From a bacterium (GTDB lineage: Bacteria > SAR324 > XYD2-FULL-50-16), in NCBI GenBank assembly GCA_032250835.1, contig JAVVEA010000002.1, forward strand, positions 246,596 to 310,595: a stretch of 64,000 nucleotides of DNA, given 5' to 3'. Shown one piece after another: positions 51,185 through 60,875 of this stretch. Within the stretch, counting starts at the first letter, position 1. Every line of letters starts with the position of its first letter. The position numbers and the translations under genes are program-made. Below the pieces are notes generated by a model. It made no database searches and was not told the origin of the DNA. It saw only the letters and a program-made list of their open reading frames with translations.

Positions 51185-51556
51185 TCAGCGGTGCTGGTCG
51201 ATCAAAATAGGGTTTCCGTCCGGGTCCTTTAAGGTAAGAAAGGCTGGCCCTTGGGAGGTCTCGTCAGCCTCTTCGATCAATTCAAGGCCCCGCGCCTTGA
51301 GCTGCTTTTGCAGTTCGCGGACGTCAGTAAAGGACTCTAAAGGTTCGGCCTGCGCGTTCCAGCCGGGGTTAAAGGTTAAAATGTTTTGCTCAAACATCCC
51401 TTGAAACAAGCCCAGTGTCTGGTCCTTGTTCCGGAGGATCAACCAGTTTTGGGCCTCATCCCCACCGACCACCGCAAAGCCCAATTTTCCATAAAAATCC
51501 TTCGAGGCGGCTAGGTCTTTGACAGCCAAGCTGAGCGAAAAAGTTCCTAATTCCAT
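51185..51556 (-). CDS. VOC/glyoxalase family protein
   Basis: [34 protein letters not shown]. Confidence 0.88.
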   Translation of the reverse strand: MELGTFSLSLAVKDLAASKDFYGKLGFAVVGGDEAQNWLILRNKDQTLGLFQGMFEQNILTFNPGWNAQAEPLESFTDVRELQKQLKARGLELIEEADETSQGPAFLTLKDPDGNPILIDQHR

Positions 51557-51777
51557 GAGGTATCCCCTACCATAAGTTTGATGACCGCACCCTCGTTAAG
51601 ACGTATCCAGCCTAGCCTACTATGCACCTCAATTCAATCCCCCTCATTCATGAGCTAAAACGGCCATCCTAGCACCCAACCAAAAATTTGACCCCAAGCG
51701 TGGCGGCTGCGCCGCTACGAACCAACATCAAAGACCCCCTACTTAAGGACTGGCGCTGATTTTACAGAATCACCGCC

Positions 51778-52662
51778 TCAAACCAGCCGCTGTTTAAACT
51801 CCTGCCACAGTTGCTGGGCGATGGGGCCTAGGGGACTGCCTTTGCGCTTGATCAAGTGTGCCGCACCTTGGTCTCGGTTTTCGAGCCCCGAGGTCGGGGG
51901 ATTTAAAAGCAGTCCCTGTCCCAACTCCCGCTGGATCAGGTGACTCGGCAGGTTGCCCCAACCTAATCCGGCCAGGATGATCTCTTTTTTGGTCATCACG
52001 TCGGTTACCTCCCACTTGCGCCCGCCTTCTAAGACCCCAAATTGTTCGCTGCGGCGCTGCACGGCGCTGTCTTGGATCACCACTTGGGGGAAAGCCATCA
52101 AGTCGGATTCAGAGAGGGTCTTTTGGGTCGTCAACAACGGAAACTGGGGGCTGACGACCATCAACATTTCCAGGTCAAAGACTTTAAAGCCCTCAACCCG
52201 GTGGTCTAGGTTGGGCCAAACCACAAAGGCCAAGTCCACCTCCCCTTGGATCAGCTTTTCAATGCCGCCGTACATATATTGAGAGACCAGCACCAATTGG
52301 GTCTGGCAATGGTCCTGCTCAAAGGGCCGTAAGATCTCTAAAATCGGGGCCAAGGGAATCATCGGGTCGATGGATACCCGCAGTTCCGGCTCATTGCCTT
52401 GGGACAAAAACAGACCTAAAGACTCAAACTCCTGGGCTTGGTGCAACAGTCTTTGGGCAGACCGCAACATCCGGCGGCCTTGCTCGGTCAGCTGCATGCG
52501 GTACCCGGCCCTAGAAAAGAGGGGGGTCTCTAATTGTTCTTCCAGCTTTTTGACCGCCACACTCAGGCTCGGTTGGGTGCGGTGTAGCTTTTTGGCTGCT
52601 GCGCCCAGGCTGCCCGTCTCGGCGATGGCCACAAAAACCCGGATCTGCTCAAGGGTCATCAT
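51778..52662 (-). CDS. LysR-type transcriptional regulator
   Basis: HTH GSLGAAAKKLHRTQPSLSVAVKKLE, GLGWGNLP. Confidence 0.93.
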   Translation of the reverse strand: MMTLEQIRVFVAIAETGSLGAAAKKLHRTQPSLSVAVKKLEEQLETPLFSRAGYRMQLTEQGRRMLRSAQRLLHQAQEFESLGLFLSQGNEPELRVSIDPMIPLAPILEILRPFEQDHCQTQLVLVSQYMYGGIEKLIQGEVDLAFVVWPNLDHRVEGFKVFDLEMLMVVSPQFPLLTTQKTLSESDLMAFPQVVIQDSAVQRRSEQFGVLEGGRKWEVTDVMTKKEIILAGLGWGNLPSHLIQRELGQGLLLNPPTSGLENRDQGAAHLIKRKGSPLGPIAQQLWQEFKQRLV

Positions 52663-52675
52663 AGTTAAAATCTAT
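52661..52675. promoter_or_regulatory. LysR T-N11-A box
   Basis: ATAG-N7-CTAT palindrome at the LysR start, in the divergent promoter. Confidence 0.6.
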
Positions 52676-52797
52676 GGTTTTGATTAAAACAAAATAATAT
52701 TATTCTAATAAAAGACCCGATAAACTGTAAACATAAAACCCCCTCCCGTTACTGAAGTTAACCAGGGAGACATTGCAGAACCCAAACTGGAAACAGC

Positions 52798-53025
52798 ATG
52801 TCCTCACAAAACAAGCCTTATGTTTTAGATGTCAACGCAGGCGACACCCTGTATCTTTGCCAATGTGGCCAGTCGAAAAATGCGCCTCACTGCGATGGCT
52901 CGCATCAGGGTTCCGGCAAAACGCCTCATGTGGCAGAGTACGCCGAGGCGCAAAAAGTCTTTGTCTGCGGCTGTGGCAAAAGCGGAAACAACCCATTTTG
53001 TGACGGGGCACACAAGTCTAAATAG
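52798..53025 (+). CDS. CDGSH iron-sulfur protein (two CDGSH motifs)
   Basis: CQCGQSKNAPHCDGSH and CGCGKSGNNPFCDGAH. Confidence 0.92.
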   Translation: MSSQNKPYVLDVNAGDTLYLCQCGQSKNAPHCDGSHQGSGKTPHVAEYAEAQKVFVCGCGKSGNNPFCDGAHKSK

Positions 53026-53092
53026 CCCGGTAATTGCCGGGTCCCGCCTGCTTGTGTGGGACCGGCATCCAACAAATTCCCAAGGAGCCTTC

Positions 53093-53785
53093 ATGATCCG
53101 ACCGATCCGCTTTAAAGACCTCTTCCTGAGCGACTTGGGTTGGCTCCGGAGCCGCTTCCACTTCTCTTTTGCCGAATACCGCAACCCCAATAACCTAAAC
53201 TTCGGGGTCCTGCGGGTCATGAACGATGACCTAGTGGACCCGCACCAAGGCTTTGGACGTCACCCGCACCGGGATATGGAAATCGTGACCTACGTGATCC
53301 AAGGCGGCTTGACCCACCAAGACAGCATGGGCCACAGGGAAACACTGGGCCCTGGCGATATGCAATATATGTCTGCCGGGACCGGGGTAACCCATTCGGA
53401 GATGAACGAAGGCGACCAAGAAAGCCGCTTCTTGCAGATGTGGGTGCTGCCGGGCCAAAAGGGGGTTGCGCCCAAATATGGCTCCAAACGCTTTGAGCCA
53501 GAAGAACGCCACAACCGCTGGCTGCAGTTGATCGGCCCCGGCGAGGGCCAAGTAGCGCTCGCCCAAGACGCCAACTTTTACGTCACCGAACTAGACGCCG
53601 GTCAAGCCTTGGACTTTCAACTAGGTGAAAACCGGCAGGTATACCTTAAACTAATCGAAGGCCAAGCAGACCTCAACGGAGTCGAAATAGGCCACGGCGA
53701 CGCCGCCGAGGTGCTGGACGAAGACCTGCACCTTAAGACGCAGCCAGGGGCCCATATCCTGCTGGTAGAAATGGCAAAGTTTTAA
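53093..53785 (+). CDS. Pirin family protein (YhhW-like)
   Basis: GFGRHPHRDMEIVTY, MSAGTGVTHSE, LQMW; AAGGAG RBS before ATG 53093. Confidence 0.93.
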   Translation: MIRPIRFKDLFLSDLGWLRSRFHFSFAEYRNPNNLNFGVLRVMNDDLVDPHQGFGRHPHRDMEIVTYVIQGGLTHQDSMGHRETLGPGDMQYMSAGTGVTHSEMNEGDQESRFLQMWVLPGQKGVAPKYGSKRFEPEERHNRWLQLIGPGEGQVALAQDANFYVTELDAGQALDFQLGENRQVYLKLIEGQADLNGVEIGHGDAAEVLDEDLHLKTQPGAHILLVEMAKF

Positions 53786-53963
53786 TCAGCCAATGTCCGG
53801 CCTGGTTTTACGTTTCCTTGGCTCGCAATAGGGGGCGGCTAAAAAGGGTGCCCAAGCAGTGGTTCCAAAGATGTCGCGTCTTTGGGGGCAGGTTCACGGT
53901 GAGAGTCCAAATGAACCACCGCCCTCCAAATTTGAAACCGAGATATTAGCCGAACCAGACCGC

Positions 53964-54920
53964 TTAGAAACGCTTAAAGGAACTGAGCAGTTCGCTGTTG
54001 GTGGGGTATTTTTTGAGTAGCTCGATCAGCTTTTCCATGGCTGCCACCTCGTTCATGCCCGACAAATCACGGCGCAGCAGCTCAAGACGCTGGTATTCTT
54101 CTTCTTCAAACAATAGCTCAGCGCGGCGCGTGGCGCTCTGCAATAGGTCGATGGCCGGAAAGACACGGGTCTGGGCGATGTTTTTTGAAAGCACCAACTC
54201 CATATTACCGGTACCTTTAAACTCTTCCATGATCACGTTATCCATAGCGCTGCCGGTATCTACCAAGATGGTCGCCACGATGGTGATTGAGCCCTTGCCT
54301 TCTACATTCCGCGCCGCCCCGAAGATCCGGCGGGGGATTTCTAAGGCCCCGGCCCCTACGCCGCCGGACATGGTCCGGCCTCCGCTTCGGTGTTGGGTGT
54401 TGTGCACGCGGGCTAGGCGGGTGAGCGAATCGAGCAGGATCATTACGTCATGCCCGGCGGCGGCGTCTTTAAAGGCCGCAGCGATCACCTGATCGGCCAC
54501 CTTGATGTGGTTGTCGTGGGCTTGGTCCATCGAGGAGGAATAGACCTTGGCGCTGACGCTACGGGTAAAGTCGGTCACCTCTTCGGGGCGCTCGTCGATC
54601 AGCAGGCAAGAGACCTTGATTTCCGGATATCCGTTGGTTACGGCGTTGCAGATGTTTTTTAAGAACGTTGTCTTGCCCGAACCCGGCGAAGAAACGATCA
54701 GCGCGCGTTGCCCCATCCCAATGGGGCACATCAGGTCCATGGCGCGGACCGACAAATCTTGGTTGCCCTTCTCTAAAATGATGCGCGGGTAGGGGTTGAT
54801 GGCGGTGGCCGCAATAAATTGCTTCTCATCTGCCGAAACCGTTCTGCGGGCGGGCTCATTGGAGCGCTGTGGTTGGGGGCGCGCCTGCCGACGGCGGAAA
54901 TTGGTACCCGATGAACTCAT
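53964..54920 (-). CDS. rho: Rho-family ATPase lacking the N-terminal RNA-binding domain
   Basis: PIGMGQR, PGSGKTT, LLIDERPEEVTD, LLDSLTRLAR, EEFKGTGNMEL, RVFPAID; only 318 aa. Confidence 0.85.
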   Translation of the reverse strand: MSSSGTNFRRRQARPQPQRSNEPARRTVSADEKQFIAATAINPYPRIILEKGNQDLSVRAMDLMCPIGMGQRALIVSSPGSGKTTFLKNICNAVTNGYPEIKVSCLLIDERPEEVTDFTRSVSAKVYSSSMDQAHDNHIKVADQVIAAAFKDAAAGHDVMILLDSLTRLARVHNTQHRSGGRTMSGGVGAGALEIPRRIFGAARNVEGKGSITIVATILVDTGSAMDNVIMEEFKGTGNMELVLSKNIAQTRVFPAIDLLQSATRRAELLFEEEEYQRLELLRRDLSGMNEVAAMEKLIELLKKYPTNSELLSSFKRF

Positions 54921-55343
54921 GTATCTATGCCTTAGATTGATTTTGAGGGTGGGAATTATAAGTAGGTTTGGGTTGCTGGTACTCCCAAATCACCCTTGTG
55001 ACTCGCCTATGGGTGTTACTTTCAACTAACTGGGCTCGTTGAGGGAAGACTTAAATGAATAATATTTGTTAATTCAGCTAATTGTATAAATGCCGTGGGT
55101 CTGATTGTCTGGTTCTGGTTGGGTCGGTGGCATTAAGCGCGGTTTTTGTCGGCTGGGGCTTAAGGTAGGCACGGCTGGCTGGCCTTACAGGTTACTTTTT
55201 TGTCCTAGCTCTTTTCCCCCTAACCCTTGTCGTAAAGTGCAGTTGCCCTGGGTGCGGGGACTAATTTAATTCCCAAATCCACCCGTCTGCGGTACTCTGA
55301 ACTCCCCGTTGGGTTTTTTAAAGCTCTTTGTCGTTGATTGATT

Positions 55344-56327
55344 ATGAACCGTGGTTGGAACTTTTTGGGATTGTGGCTGTTTGGCTTGATGCTGTGGGGG
55401 GCCGCGTCGGTTCCGGTGGCTTTGGCCGAGACGAAGGAGCCAAAGCGTTTGGCCTATTTGGTTTCGGATCTTCGCATTCCCTTTTGGTCGATTATGGCCA
55501 AAGGCGTACGGCAAAAAGGCCTTGAGCTGGGCTATCAGGTCAGCCTTTACAGTGCCGACAACAGCCGGCGCAAAGAATTGGAAAACTTGGCCCAGGCCTT
55601 TAAAGAGTCGGTAGATGGCCTGATCGTTTCCCCGACCAACTCCTCGGCCTGCGCGACTATTTTGACCTTGGCGCAGCGCGAGGGGATTCCGGTGGTGATC
55701 GCGGACATCGGAACCGACAAGGGGGAATACCTGTCTTATATTTCGTCGGACAACCAAGGCGGGGCCTACGCCATCGGCAAGGCGCTGGCCGCAGAACTGC
55801 TTGATCGGGGCTGGGGTAAAGGTGAAGTAGGGGTCATCGCCATCCCCCAAAAACGGGCGAACGGACAAGCCCGCACCGTCGGTTTTTTAAAAGCCATGGA
55901 AGAGAGCCAGATAACCACCGTGGGCATCTCCCAGCAGGTGGACTTTTCTTATGAGGAAACTTACCGGTTTTCCAAAGAGTTGATCCAAACCCACCCTGAT
56001 CTACGAGCCCTATGGCTCCAAGGCTCCAATCGTTACCAAGCGGCTTTGGATGCGATACGAGATGCCGGTAAGCAGGAGGAAATCCTCCTGGTCACCTTCG
56101 ATGCAGAACCCGAATTTTTGGACCTGATCCGTAAGGGGGTGCTGGTTGGTGCCGCCATGCAACAGCCCTTCCATATGGGCGAAGAGGCCGTCCGGGTTTT
56201 AGATACCCATTTCTCGGGCAAGCCGGTCCAACGACATTTGCAGCTGCCGATCTTGGCGGTATTTCAAGACAACCTAGACCAACTGACGCCGCTAGTGCGT
56301 CGCAACACCCTGGGCCTTGTACCTTAA
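55344..56327 (+). CDS. Periplasmic sugar-binding-like protein (RbsB/PBP type I)
   Basis: Signal peptide, PFW, DGLIVSP, IPVV..D, SDN..G, QQPF.MG. Confidence 0.85.
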   Translation: MNRGWNFLGLWLFGLMLWGAASVPVALAETKEPKRLAYLVSDLRIPFWSIMAKGVRQKGLELGYQVSLYSADNSRRKELENLAQAFKESVDGLIVSPTNSSACATILTLAQREGIPVVIADIGTDKGEYLSYISSDNQGGAYAIGKALAAELLDRGWGKGEVGVIAIPQKRANGQARTVGFLKAMEESQITTVGISQQVDFSYEETYRFSKELIQTHPDLRALWLQGSNRYQAALDAIRDAGKQEEILLVTFDAEPEFLDLIRKGVLVGAAMQQPFHMGEEAVRVLDTHFSGKPVQRHLQLPILAVFQDNLDQLTPLVRRNTLGLVP

Positions 56328-56330
56328 TTC

Positions 56331-58658
56331 TTGCCGTTTATGAATCTGACCGACAAGCCACGCTTATCAATTTACGTTATTTTAGCCGCTGTGATTGTGG
56401 TCACCGTTTCGGTGTTGATGGCCGCTTTTGGTTGGTTCAGTTTCCGCGCTAGCGAGGGACAACTACTCGAACACCACAAAAAACAAGGGAACCTTAGTCT
56501 GCGGATGTTGGAGGGGAACTTGCCCCAGTTGATCGCCTCTTACGCAGTCAATGACTATTTGCTGCTGCTCAAAGCCGAAGCCGAGGCACGAGGTTATCTG
56601 GGCTTGGTGCTCGAAGACTACCAGATGGAAAAAATCTTCGGTCCCGAAGCGGCGAAAAACGGATTTGTGCACAGGCAAGGTAATGAATTGGAAGCCTATA
56701 CACCCAAGTCAACAGAACAGGCAGGACTGCTGAAAAACGCCTTTTTTCAGCAAGAATTGACTATTTATACTGGAGCCGGGCATCCCTTGGGGCGGTTGAC
56801 GATCTACCATTCCGACCGCGAACTTCAATTGGAAAAAACGGGCGTCATTAAGCGAGTGTTGCTTGAAATCCTGGCGGAAAGTGTCTTTTTAATCCTAACA
56901 TTGTTCTTGTCGATCCGGTACTTGCTGTTTCGGCACGTTTTTCAGATCATTTATGGCATCAATAACACCGACGAGGACGGGCTGCCAAAGCACCAGTTAA
57001 CCCTTCGGGGGCCGCAGGAGGTGTACCTTCTGGCTCAATCGATCAACGGCATGACTCAGGCGGCCCGGAGGTATCAAAAAGAGGTGATCAATACCCAGGA
57101 ATCCCTTCGCCAAGAAAAGGAACGCTTCCAGTTGGCCATCGATGGAACCTTGGACGGTCTTTGGGACTGGGACTTGGTGACGGGCCGAGTCTTCCACTCG
57201 CCCCGCTTCGAAAGGATGTTAGGTTATGAAATCGGCGAATTGCCCGATACCATCGCTTGCTGGCGTGAACTGCTCCATCCCGAAGACCGGGAACAGGCTG
57301 AAGCCAAGGTGCAGGACTATTTGGCGGCCCCAAAAGAATCTCCTTATGAACATGTCTTCCGCATGCGCCGTAAATCGGGCGGATGGAGCTGGATCAATGG
57401 GCGGGGCAAGGCGGTCTTCGACGCCGCCGGAAAGCCGCTACGCTTCGTTGGCTTCAACACCGACGTGACCAACCACTACCGGCTGATTGAAGAACACCAA
57501 CAAGCCCGTTTAGCGGCCGAACAAGCCAGCGAAGCAAAGAGCCGGTTCTTAAGCATGATGAGCCACGAGCTCCGCACCCCAATGAACGGCGTTCTGGGAA
57601 TGGCTCAACTACTTCAAATGAGCGATTTAGACGAAGACCAAAAAATGAGTGTGGAGGTGATCTTGTCTTCAGGCAGTTCACTGGTCAAGATTCTATCGAG
57701 CATCTTGGATTTTGCTAAGCTTGAGGCCAACAAACAGACGGCGATCTTAGCGCCCTTCTCGATTCGGCAAGTGATCGACGAGGTGGTGTCCCTCTTTATG
57801 GGGGAGGCCCGCTACCGCAGACTAACGCTTGATTATAGGGTGGACCCGGAGATTGCGGACTGGTTGGTTGGGGACGAAGAATTATTGAAGCGGGCGATGA
57901 TCAACTTGGTCGGCAACGCCGTCAAATATACCGAAGAAGGGGGCGTGCAGGTTAGCGTTTCTTTGCTCGGGGAGCATGGGCTTACGCAGGGCCTGAAAAT
58001 ATCGGTGGTGGACACCGGCATCGGGATTGCGCCACAAAAACGAGAACTAGTTTTTGAGCCCTTCCAACAAGTGGATTCTTCGTCTCAGCGCAAATATGGG
58101 GGAACCGGCCTCGGCTTGGCTTTGACCAAAGAAATTATCGAGTTGTTGCAAGGTAAAATCTACCTGGAAGACAAAGCCGAGCGAGGTTCGTGTTTTTCTG
58201 TGGAATTATGGCTAGAGAGGCCCACAGGTGAAATCCCTGTCTCAGAGCCCATTTCGCCCCTAAAGGCGAGGGTGCTTCACTCGCAAAAGAAGCTACTGGT
58301 CGCTGAAGACGACCCGGTGAACCAAGCCGTGATCCAGCGGCTTTTGTCGCAGATGAATCTTCAGTTCGACCTAGCCTTCAATGGAGAAGAAGCGGTGCGC
58401 AAATCGGAACGGACGCAATACGCCCTGATTTTGATGGACTTGATCATGCCCGAGCTCAACGGCTTCGATGCCTGTAAACAGATCAAACAATCCGAATTAA
58501 GCCAAAACCGCGACACTCCGGTTATCGCCCTAACCGCCCTAACCAGCGAAACAGACCGCGAGCGCTGCCAACAGGTCGGAATCCAAAAAGTCCTGACCAA
58601 GCCATTGAACTTTAATGAGTTGCAGGATGTTTTGTCGGGCTATTTAGTTGAGGGTTGA
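56331..58658 (+). CDS. Membrane hybrid sensor kinase (periplasmic-PAS-HisKA-HATPase-REC)
   Basis: Two TMs, DGLWDWD...HPED PAS, MSHELRTPMNG, ILMDLIMPELNG. Confidence 0.9.
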   Translation: MPFMNLTDKPRLSIYVILAAVIVVTVSVLMAAFGWFSFRASEGQLLEHHKKQGNLSLRMLEGNLPQLIASYAVNDYLLLLKAEAEARGYLGLVLEDYQMEKIFGPEAAKNGFVHRQGNELEAYTPKSTEQAGLLKNAFFQQELTIYTGAGHPLGRLTIYHSDRELQLEKTGVIKRVLLEILAESVFLILTLFLSIRYLLFRHVFQIIYGINNTDEDGLPKHQLTLRGPQEVYLLAQSINGMTQAARRYQKEVINTQESLRQEKERFQLAIDGTLDGLWDWDLVTGRVFHSPRFERMLGYEIGELPDTIACWRELLHPEDREQAEAKVQDYLAAPKESPYEHVFRMRRKSGGWSWINGRGKAVFDAAGKPLRFVGFNTDVTNHYRLIEEHQQARLAAEQASEAKSRFLSMMSHELRTPMNGVLGMAQLLQMSDLDEDQKMSVEVILSSGSSLVKILSSILDFAKLEANKQTAILAPFSIRQVIDEVVSLFMGEARYRRLTLDYRVDPEIADWLVGDEELLKRAMINLVGNAVKYTEEGGVQVSVSLLGEHGLTQGLKISVVDTGIGIAPQKRELVFEPFQQVDSSSQRKYGGTGLGLALTKEIIELLQGKIYLEDKAERGSCFSVELWLERPTGEIPVSEPISPLKARVLHSQKKLLVAEDDPVNQAVIQRLLSQMNLQFDLAFNGEEAVRKSERTQYALILMDLIMPELNGFDACKQIKQSELSQNRDTPVIALTALTSETDRERCQQVGIQKVLTKPLNFNELQDVLSGYLVEG

Positions 58659-58783
58659 CGTTGGATTGTTTGGTTTTACGCTACCCCAACGAAGCGGACC
58701 GGCCTTTAAGTTGTTGAATGGAGTAGGTTTAGCCGACTGCTAAGAAAAGTGGATTTGACGAATTTTCACGAATCCGCCAGCTA

Positions 58784-58832
58784 CCCTCGCTTCGCTATGG
58801 GTATTTTCTTTAGGGAAGTTGGCTTCGCCAAC
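58784..58832. repeat. Solo partial copy of the palindromic repeat family
   Basis: CCCTCGCTTCGCTA (as in the 60.5-kb unit) followed by TAGGGAAGTTGGCTTCGCCAAC (as in the 46.5-kb unit). Confidence 0.75.
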
Positions 58833-58956
58833 ACTCAGAGGCCAGAGGCAGTCCACCTAGTTTCATAGGCTAACTGCTGGACTCTGAATGGCGGAGGCGC
58901 TTCACCCGGTCGGGTGCAGAGAAGGGTATCGGGTCGTCTCTTTGGTCGGTGGATTT

Positions 58957-59928
58957 CTAGAAATTATACCCTACAGCTACTTCGGTCAGGTTTCCCTGCC
59001 GCTCGGTGGTACCGGCAGTTTCGGTGTAGCTGGTTTGGTAGCCGCTGATAATCCATCCATTGCTGGGAACCCAGCCTAGGCCAACACGGCTGGTCTTGAG
59101 CTCTCCAGAAGAGAGGTTATATTCGGACCATTCGAGCCGGCTCGTGGTCTCGGTGCGAGCGCTCAGGAGGAGGTTGGTCATTTTGATTTCGGCGGTCAAC
59201 TGGGTGAGGACCGATTCTTGATGGACGTTGTTGTAATAGGTCCCTTCGGCGGCGGCGCGAAGGCTGCGTTGGTTGGCGTACTCAAGGCGCAGCAGCGTCT
59301 CGTCGGGCTTACCCGCCATCAGGGCGAATCCGTAGCTGGTCACGTTCCAGTCCACGGCGGGGCGGTAGGACTCGGGCTGGCTGACCTGCTCAACTCCGAA
59401 CCCGGCGAAAAAGACGCGGCCCAATTGATAGGTCGCTGAAAGTCCCAGGCCGGTTTCCTTCTGGTCGTCGTAACTGCTGCGCTGGGTCGAAGAGGAGCGG
59501 TAAGAGCCACCCAAGGAAAGTTGCTTGAGTAGATAGGCGAAGCTGAACTGCGAGGTCGAACCGACGGTTTCGTAGGTACTAGAGACCCCCAAGGCGTCGA
59601 TATTGGTGTATTTGATCTTCTCGCTACCTGTGGATTGTGCTTCGATATTGACGTTCTCTGCCTGGGCCACCAAAAGACCCCGGTTGGCGCTGATCTCGCG
59701 TTTCGAGGAGTCGTCAGACTCGGCCCAACTCCCTTGGAGGGTACCGGCGGCGACCGTAGCCGTGCGGTTGTCATCCTGTTCGTTCTCGCCCTTCAGATAG
59801 CGCCAGGATCCGGCGGCGGGCAGGACCAGCGGTTCACTCGGGTCTAGCGAAGGGGTGACCATCTGAGCGAATGCCCCCGGAGCGAAGACAGCCAGGGCCA
59901 GCAGTAGTAAAGCGATAGGTCGGGTCAT
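58957..59928 (-). CDS. Putative outer-membrane beta-barrel protein
   Basis: Signal peptide, alternating beta-strand pattern, C-terminal VAVGYNF. Confidence 0.65.
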   Translation of the reverse strand: MTRPIALLLLALAVFAPGAFAQMVTPSLDPSEPLVLPAAGSWRYLKGENEQDDNRTATVAAGTLQGSWAESDDSSKREISANRGLLVAQAENVNIEAQSTGSEKIKYTNIDALGVSSTYETVGSTSQFSFAYLLKQLSLGGSYRSSSTQRSSYDDQKETGLGLSATYQLGRVFFAGFGVEQVSQPESYRPAVDWNVTSYGFALMAGKPDETLLRLEYANQRSLRAAAEGTYYNNVHQESVLTQLTAEIKMTNLLLSARTETTSRLEWSEYNLSSGELKTSRVGLGWVPSNGWIISGYQTSYTETAGTTERQGNLTEVAVGYNF

Positions 59929-60527
59929 GGTTCAGTTCTTCTGTTCGGGTTCTATTGACAGACGGTCATTTTTGATAAGATGCAAATTTGGTGCAAGTAT
60001 CCCTATATAAAGTGGCAATGGGCCTTCTTAAAGGGGCTATCATTCTGGCATTGATGGGCGGCGCGCTCAAAAAACCTAAGGACCGGTGGTAGGGCTCCGA
60101 CCCGGTTTGTTTTTAAGTTTTAATCCCTTCACTGGTGATTTTTAGAAATAGGGTCCCCGAGTCCAACTCAGTTTCGCTTTCAAGGTAGGGTGTTGGGTCC
60201 CCTCCTGTTTAACGCCGTTGCCTAAAGTTAAAGGGTATTGCCACCGATTGGCGACCTATCGGGAGGCTATTCCTGAATTTATTGCTGTTTTACTATCTTT
60301 TCTAACTTAAAAAAAGAGAATCCAGAAGACTGCCTAGAGCGAACCAATCCGCTAGCTACCCAAGCTTGGGCGCAACCTATAAAAGCTCAAAGGAAATCCA
60401 TTTTCGAACTAGTATCGTCTGGTGGATAACCGGCGACTTGGGCAGGTGATACGCCCAGGCTGGAAGAAAAGCTAAAGGGGGCTGGATATTTGGTTGGGCC
60501 TGCGGTTTAGGCTGGGCACCGCTCAAA

Positions 60528-60755
60528 GGCTCGCGTCGCTACGCCCACAGCCCTCGCTTCGCTACTTGAATTTTCTGTGGGGATGTTGGCTTCGCCAACG
60601 CTTATGGTCTGACGACCCTCGCCGGCTCGCGTCGCTACGCACGCAGCCCTCGCTTCGCTACTTGAATTTTCTGTGGGGATGTTGGCTTCGCCAACGCTTA
60701 TGGTCTGACGACCCTCGCCGGCTCGCGTCGCTACGCACGCAGCCCTCGCTTCGCT
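60528..60755. repeat. Tandem repeat, about 2.4 x 96 bp, directly downstream of tRNA-Ser(GCT)
   Basis: GGCTCGCGTCGCTACGC recurs at 60528, 60624 and 60720. Confidence 0.9.
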
Positions 60756-60770
60756 CGGTGCTGCTTAGCG

Positions 60771-60860
60771 TGGCGGAGAGACGGGGATTCGAACCCCGGG
60801 ACCCGTTTCCAGGTCACTTGATTAGCAATCAAGCCCATTCGGCCACTCTGGCATCTCTCC
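60771..60860 (-). tRNA. tRNA-Ser(GCT)
   Basis: Anticodon arm CTTGA-TTGCTAA-TCAAG, long variable arm, G73, CCA. Confidence 0.95.
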
Positions 60861-60875
60861 TAACCGCACTTTTCG

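Noticed and set aside
52829-53092. Apparent long N-terminus of pirin
   Set aside because: Overlaps the CDGSH gene; a clear AAGGAG RBS precedes ATG 53093
59980-59997. Possible sigma54 promoter for the beta-barrel gene (TTGCAC-N5-TTGCA on the minus strand)
   Set aside because: Lacks the near-invariant GG at -24
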